From Bigelowiella natans CCMP2755 (lineage: Eukaryota; Protista; Cercozoa): DNA of 40,699 nt. Position numbers and translations under genes: made by a program. Position 1 is the stretch's first letter. Each line of letters starts with the position of its first letter. Below, piece by piece: positions 37,625 to 40,699 of this stretch. The notes beneath the pieces are model-generated. The model searched no databases. It was given only the letters and a program-made list of their open reading frames with translations, and was not told where the DNA came from. The stretch covers positions 1-40,699 of the forward strand of contig ADNK01001564.1 in assembly GCA_000320545.1 (NCBI GenBank), in the 5' to 3' direction.

Positions 37625-38880
37625 TTTGAGCATTGCAACATTGTCTTCTCTCAAAAATTCCATGCATTTTTGCGGAAATGCAAAAGCTCACAAGGTCCTC
37701 AGCCGATGGCGGCATCCATGCCAATTTCATCCCTTGTTCCGTCTCCGGCATTTCAGATGAGTGGCCATGGTGTTCTCATCCCTTCACGCAGCCTTGGAGT
37801 GTGCCTCTGATGGGTTGCAGCTGATTTTTTGTGTCTCTTCACCAACAGGGTGCTGACAAGTCCTTGCAACGAGTGTTGCACGTTGAGGCTCTGGCTGCTG
37901 CGTGCAAATGTCTGTCTCCCATGTGGTTCTGGCGCATGTAGTTTTTGATCAACGCTTTGTTCATTGTTCATTGTTCGTTGTTCATTGCAGCCGGCCGCGC
38001 TCAGGACATGAACGTGTTCGGCATGGTCAAGAACAAGTTTGTTCTTCCGTTTTTCTTCAGGCATGAACGAGACGCCGATGCATCCGAAAGAGACCACGTG
38101 TCAATGGGCTCTCAGGACCCTGTGTCTTCAAGTGAACACAGTGGCGTGCAATTGCACTTGTTCATTGCGAGCAACCCAGCTGTTTGTTGTGTGTTTTGTG
38201 TGTTGCATTGCCCAACACCAGAGGTGGCTGTGTCAATTTCAAAGCACCATCGCTGTCGTTTGTTTGTTGCATTTTTTTTTCCCAGCGATTGGAAACGGCG
38301 ACGAGGAAACAGACTGTGTAGCTGTGTGCAGCTCAGGTTGACTTTCGATTTTTTCCCTCGAAAGTTTCCGTCTTGGGCCATCAAAGCCTAGAACTAGTAG
38401 AAGCGAGCATGCAATGTTCGCCGTTTTGAAGATGAGAAGATCAAAGCGAATCATTGTGGGGTTGGCCACATGCAAAATGCCGCCGTGAATTGTTGCATCT
38501 GCTTTGTGTCGGATGTCATGGTGCATTGCATGCAACAAAGAAGGTGTTCAAAATATTGCTGTTCGTGGTAGTTGGACACACATCAAAAAGAATCAAAAGG
38601 GAACATCCTGCAAAACAGATGCTCACACATATTCTTTGGACACCTGTTCCACTAGAGTGTCTAAATGGAGCGCCGTGTGAAATGCATGCAAAGCTGAATG
38701 TGCACTCACTGGGTATGGCTAGATGGTCTTCATTCATCATCCACCAGACATCCAACTAGCTAGCTAGATATGTCTGCAGCCACACCTTTCACTGTGGGGC
38801 AGTGCTGCCACTACAACATCTTCACAACTGCTACCACAACAACCACTACGGCTACTGCTACGAAGCACGAAGCAAACAGA
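37625..38880. other. TpA-depleted island, possibly a hypermutated degenerate repeat, transposon or pseudogene
   Basis: By manual scan, only 5 TA dinucleotides in 37625-38553, all in TAG context. TG and CA are abundant. Confidence 0.75.
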
Positions 38881-39789
38881 GTTACAGCGAATAATTTCGC
38901 TTTTTTAGCGAAAAATCGCAGGATTTTTCGCGCGTCTATGATGTTTCACATTTTGAATTCCAGGGCATGGCTTTGCACATTCACTTTTTAGATTTTGGAG
39001 TCGTCTGATCACAGACGAGTTGAGATTTTGATGAAGTCCGATTAAAGAGGTTCAGCATGCTGATGCTGAAATCAGTTGTGGTTGATCTGAGATGGATGAG
39101 CAAGAATCACGTTACCATAGATGAGGTTGCAGAGGTAAGGTACACAGTTGGCGAGAAGAATACGCAGAAAATATGAGAGACATTTCTCAACCCCTATTTT
39201 CGAACCTTCTCCCAAAGAACGACGATCTTGAAGAATAGCCTGAAGTGACGAAGAACAATGAAATCACCCACTTTAGTCAACATGTGTGCATCGTGTCGCT
39301 GCAAACATTAGAGTTTTCATTTTGCATCTCAAAGAACGTTTTCATTGCAATTACCCTTTGGAGATCCCGTATCGTCCCACACCATCTTCATCTCCCCTAG
39401 AAACTAAACCATCACATTATGGCAGATGCAAGCGGTTCGTTAAAGCATCGAACTCGCTCAGCAGTACGCATATATGAGACGTTCACGCTTAGGAAAGAGG
39501 GCGTCCAGTATGTGTGTTGATGTTGCTGATGTGGGGGGTAAAGTCGCTGCTCCATGATAGGTGAGTGCGCATTCATCACGCGGTACTATCGTTGAGGAGG
39601 CAACCTTTTGAACTTTGCCATCTTTCAGGAATCGCCGATAAGAATCTTGACGCATCAGCTCATAGATCTAGCCATGATTCATTCAAATATGAGAAAACTC
39701 CAGCTCGCTTACCAAGCACATTCGGCACATTTGGAAGAAAAGAGACAAGTAATTTATATTTGCCAAGTATTTATATTTGCCAAGTATAA

Positions 39790-40699
39790 TCATAATTTCT
39801 GTTGTTGTACGTCTTTGTTAATGGTGTCCAGAAGACGTATAGCCTGAATTAACTGGGAAGTAGCATACACGAAGAGGGCTTAAAATAAAGCGGAAAATAC
39901 ATAAATCACACTCAATTAGTCCTTAGAGTTCAACCTGATCTGAGAGTCCGTCGATGTTAACAACCTCCTTGTATCTATTGAGTAATTTCTCTTTCTCTCT
40001 CTCTCTTTCTTCTTTGTCCGCAGCGGATTCAGGAGATTTGCATTCTTGTTTCTTCCGTATTTCTGCTTGCAACTTCGACTTGAACTTTCTGCATTTTTAC
40101 GCAATGATAAGAAAGGGGGCGGAGCGGTTTATTCAGAGGATAACACTTGCAGCATTTATGTAGGTCTTGCAGGAAAATAATTCGATATTAGCATGAGACA
40201 CACCGTATCGACCAGAATGCCTTTTTAAACTGCTTTTCCCACTGCCTACTCATTGGCCCTGTTACTGTTAGACCACTGCGATAGGGAGGGGGAGGGTAGT
40301 AGCGACAGTGTGTGGGGAGAGTGGCATATAATACATGTACACACACACACGCACGCACACACGCACATATATATATATATATATATATATATACTATACA
40401 CAATGAATATACATATAAATATATAATGTATAAATACGAATCTATGTATCTGCATGATTGCATGACTACGAATATCCAAGTATTCACTCACTCTTTCTCT
40501 TCCTGCTTTCTAATGTCGAGTTGCTGCTCTCTTCCACCATTCTTGTCTTTATAGTCAATCTTTATGTGACATTTTCGCCACGAAAAGTAACACACATACA
40601 CACAGAGAGAGAGGGGAGGGGGGGGGGGGGGGGGGGCGAAAAAAAAAAAACCCTTTTAAACACTGAGTATAAAAATATATATATATATATATATATATA
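39790..40699 (-). CDS. 3' portion of an unknown charged, helical protein; gene continues beyond the window
   Basis: Phase-compatible GT-AG exons: KNGGREQQLDIRKQEEK / GLTVTGPMSRQWEKQFKKAFWSIR / KFKSKLQAEIRKK...GLSDQ / AIRLLDTINKDVQQQKL-TGA. Confidence 0.6.

Noticed and set aside
37598-38770. Terminal repeats or target-site duplication flanking the TA-depleted island (CATCATC-A/C-ACCA...CCAACTA similarity)
   Set aside because: The similarity is short, low-complexity and interrupted; no convincing TIR or LTR.

Overview
Eukaryotic nuclear DNA in the standard genetic code, very intron-rich, with GT-AG introns and one GC-AG intron. Two genes carry bipartite signal-plus-transit presequences, which suggests an alga with a complex plastid (chlorarachniophyte-like; inference). 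I reconstructed nine spliced or intronless genes by hand: a 5'-partial NDK-like/ankyrin protein (+), an ELO-family elongase (-), plastid RbfA (+), a homogentisate prenyltransferase (-), a ~58-exon myosin (+), a double HVA22/REEP protein (-), a PH-PDZ-coiled-coil protein (+), an intronless secreted Cys-rich protein (-), and the 3' end of an unknown gene (-). The first eight alternate strictly in orientation. The most unusual signals are non-coding: a ~0.9-1.25 kb island almost free of TpA except in TAG/CTA context, CTAG-dense tracts in all four tail-to-tail intergenic regions, an oriented TGTCGCA(G) motif upstream of six start codons, and a myosin gene whose introns differ sharply from those of its neighbours. 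Exon boundaries and motif counts are manual and approximate.
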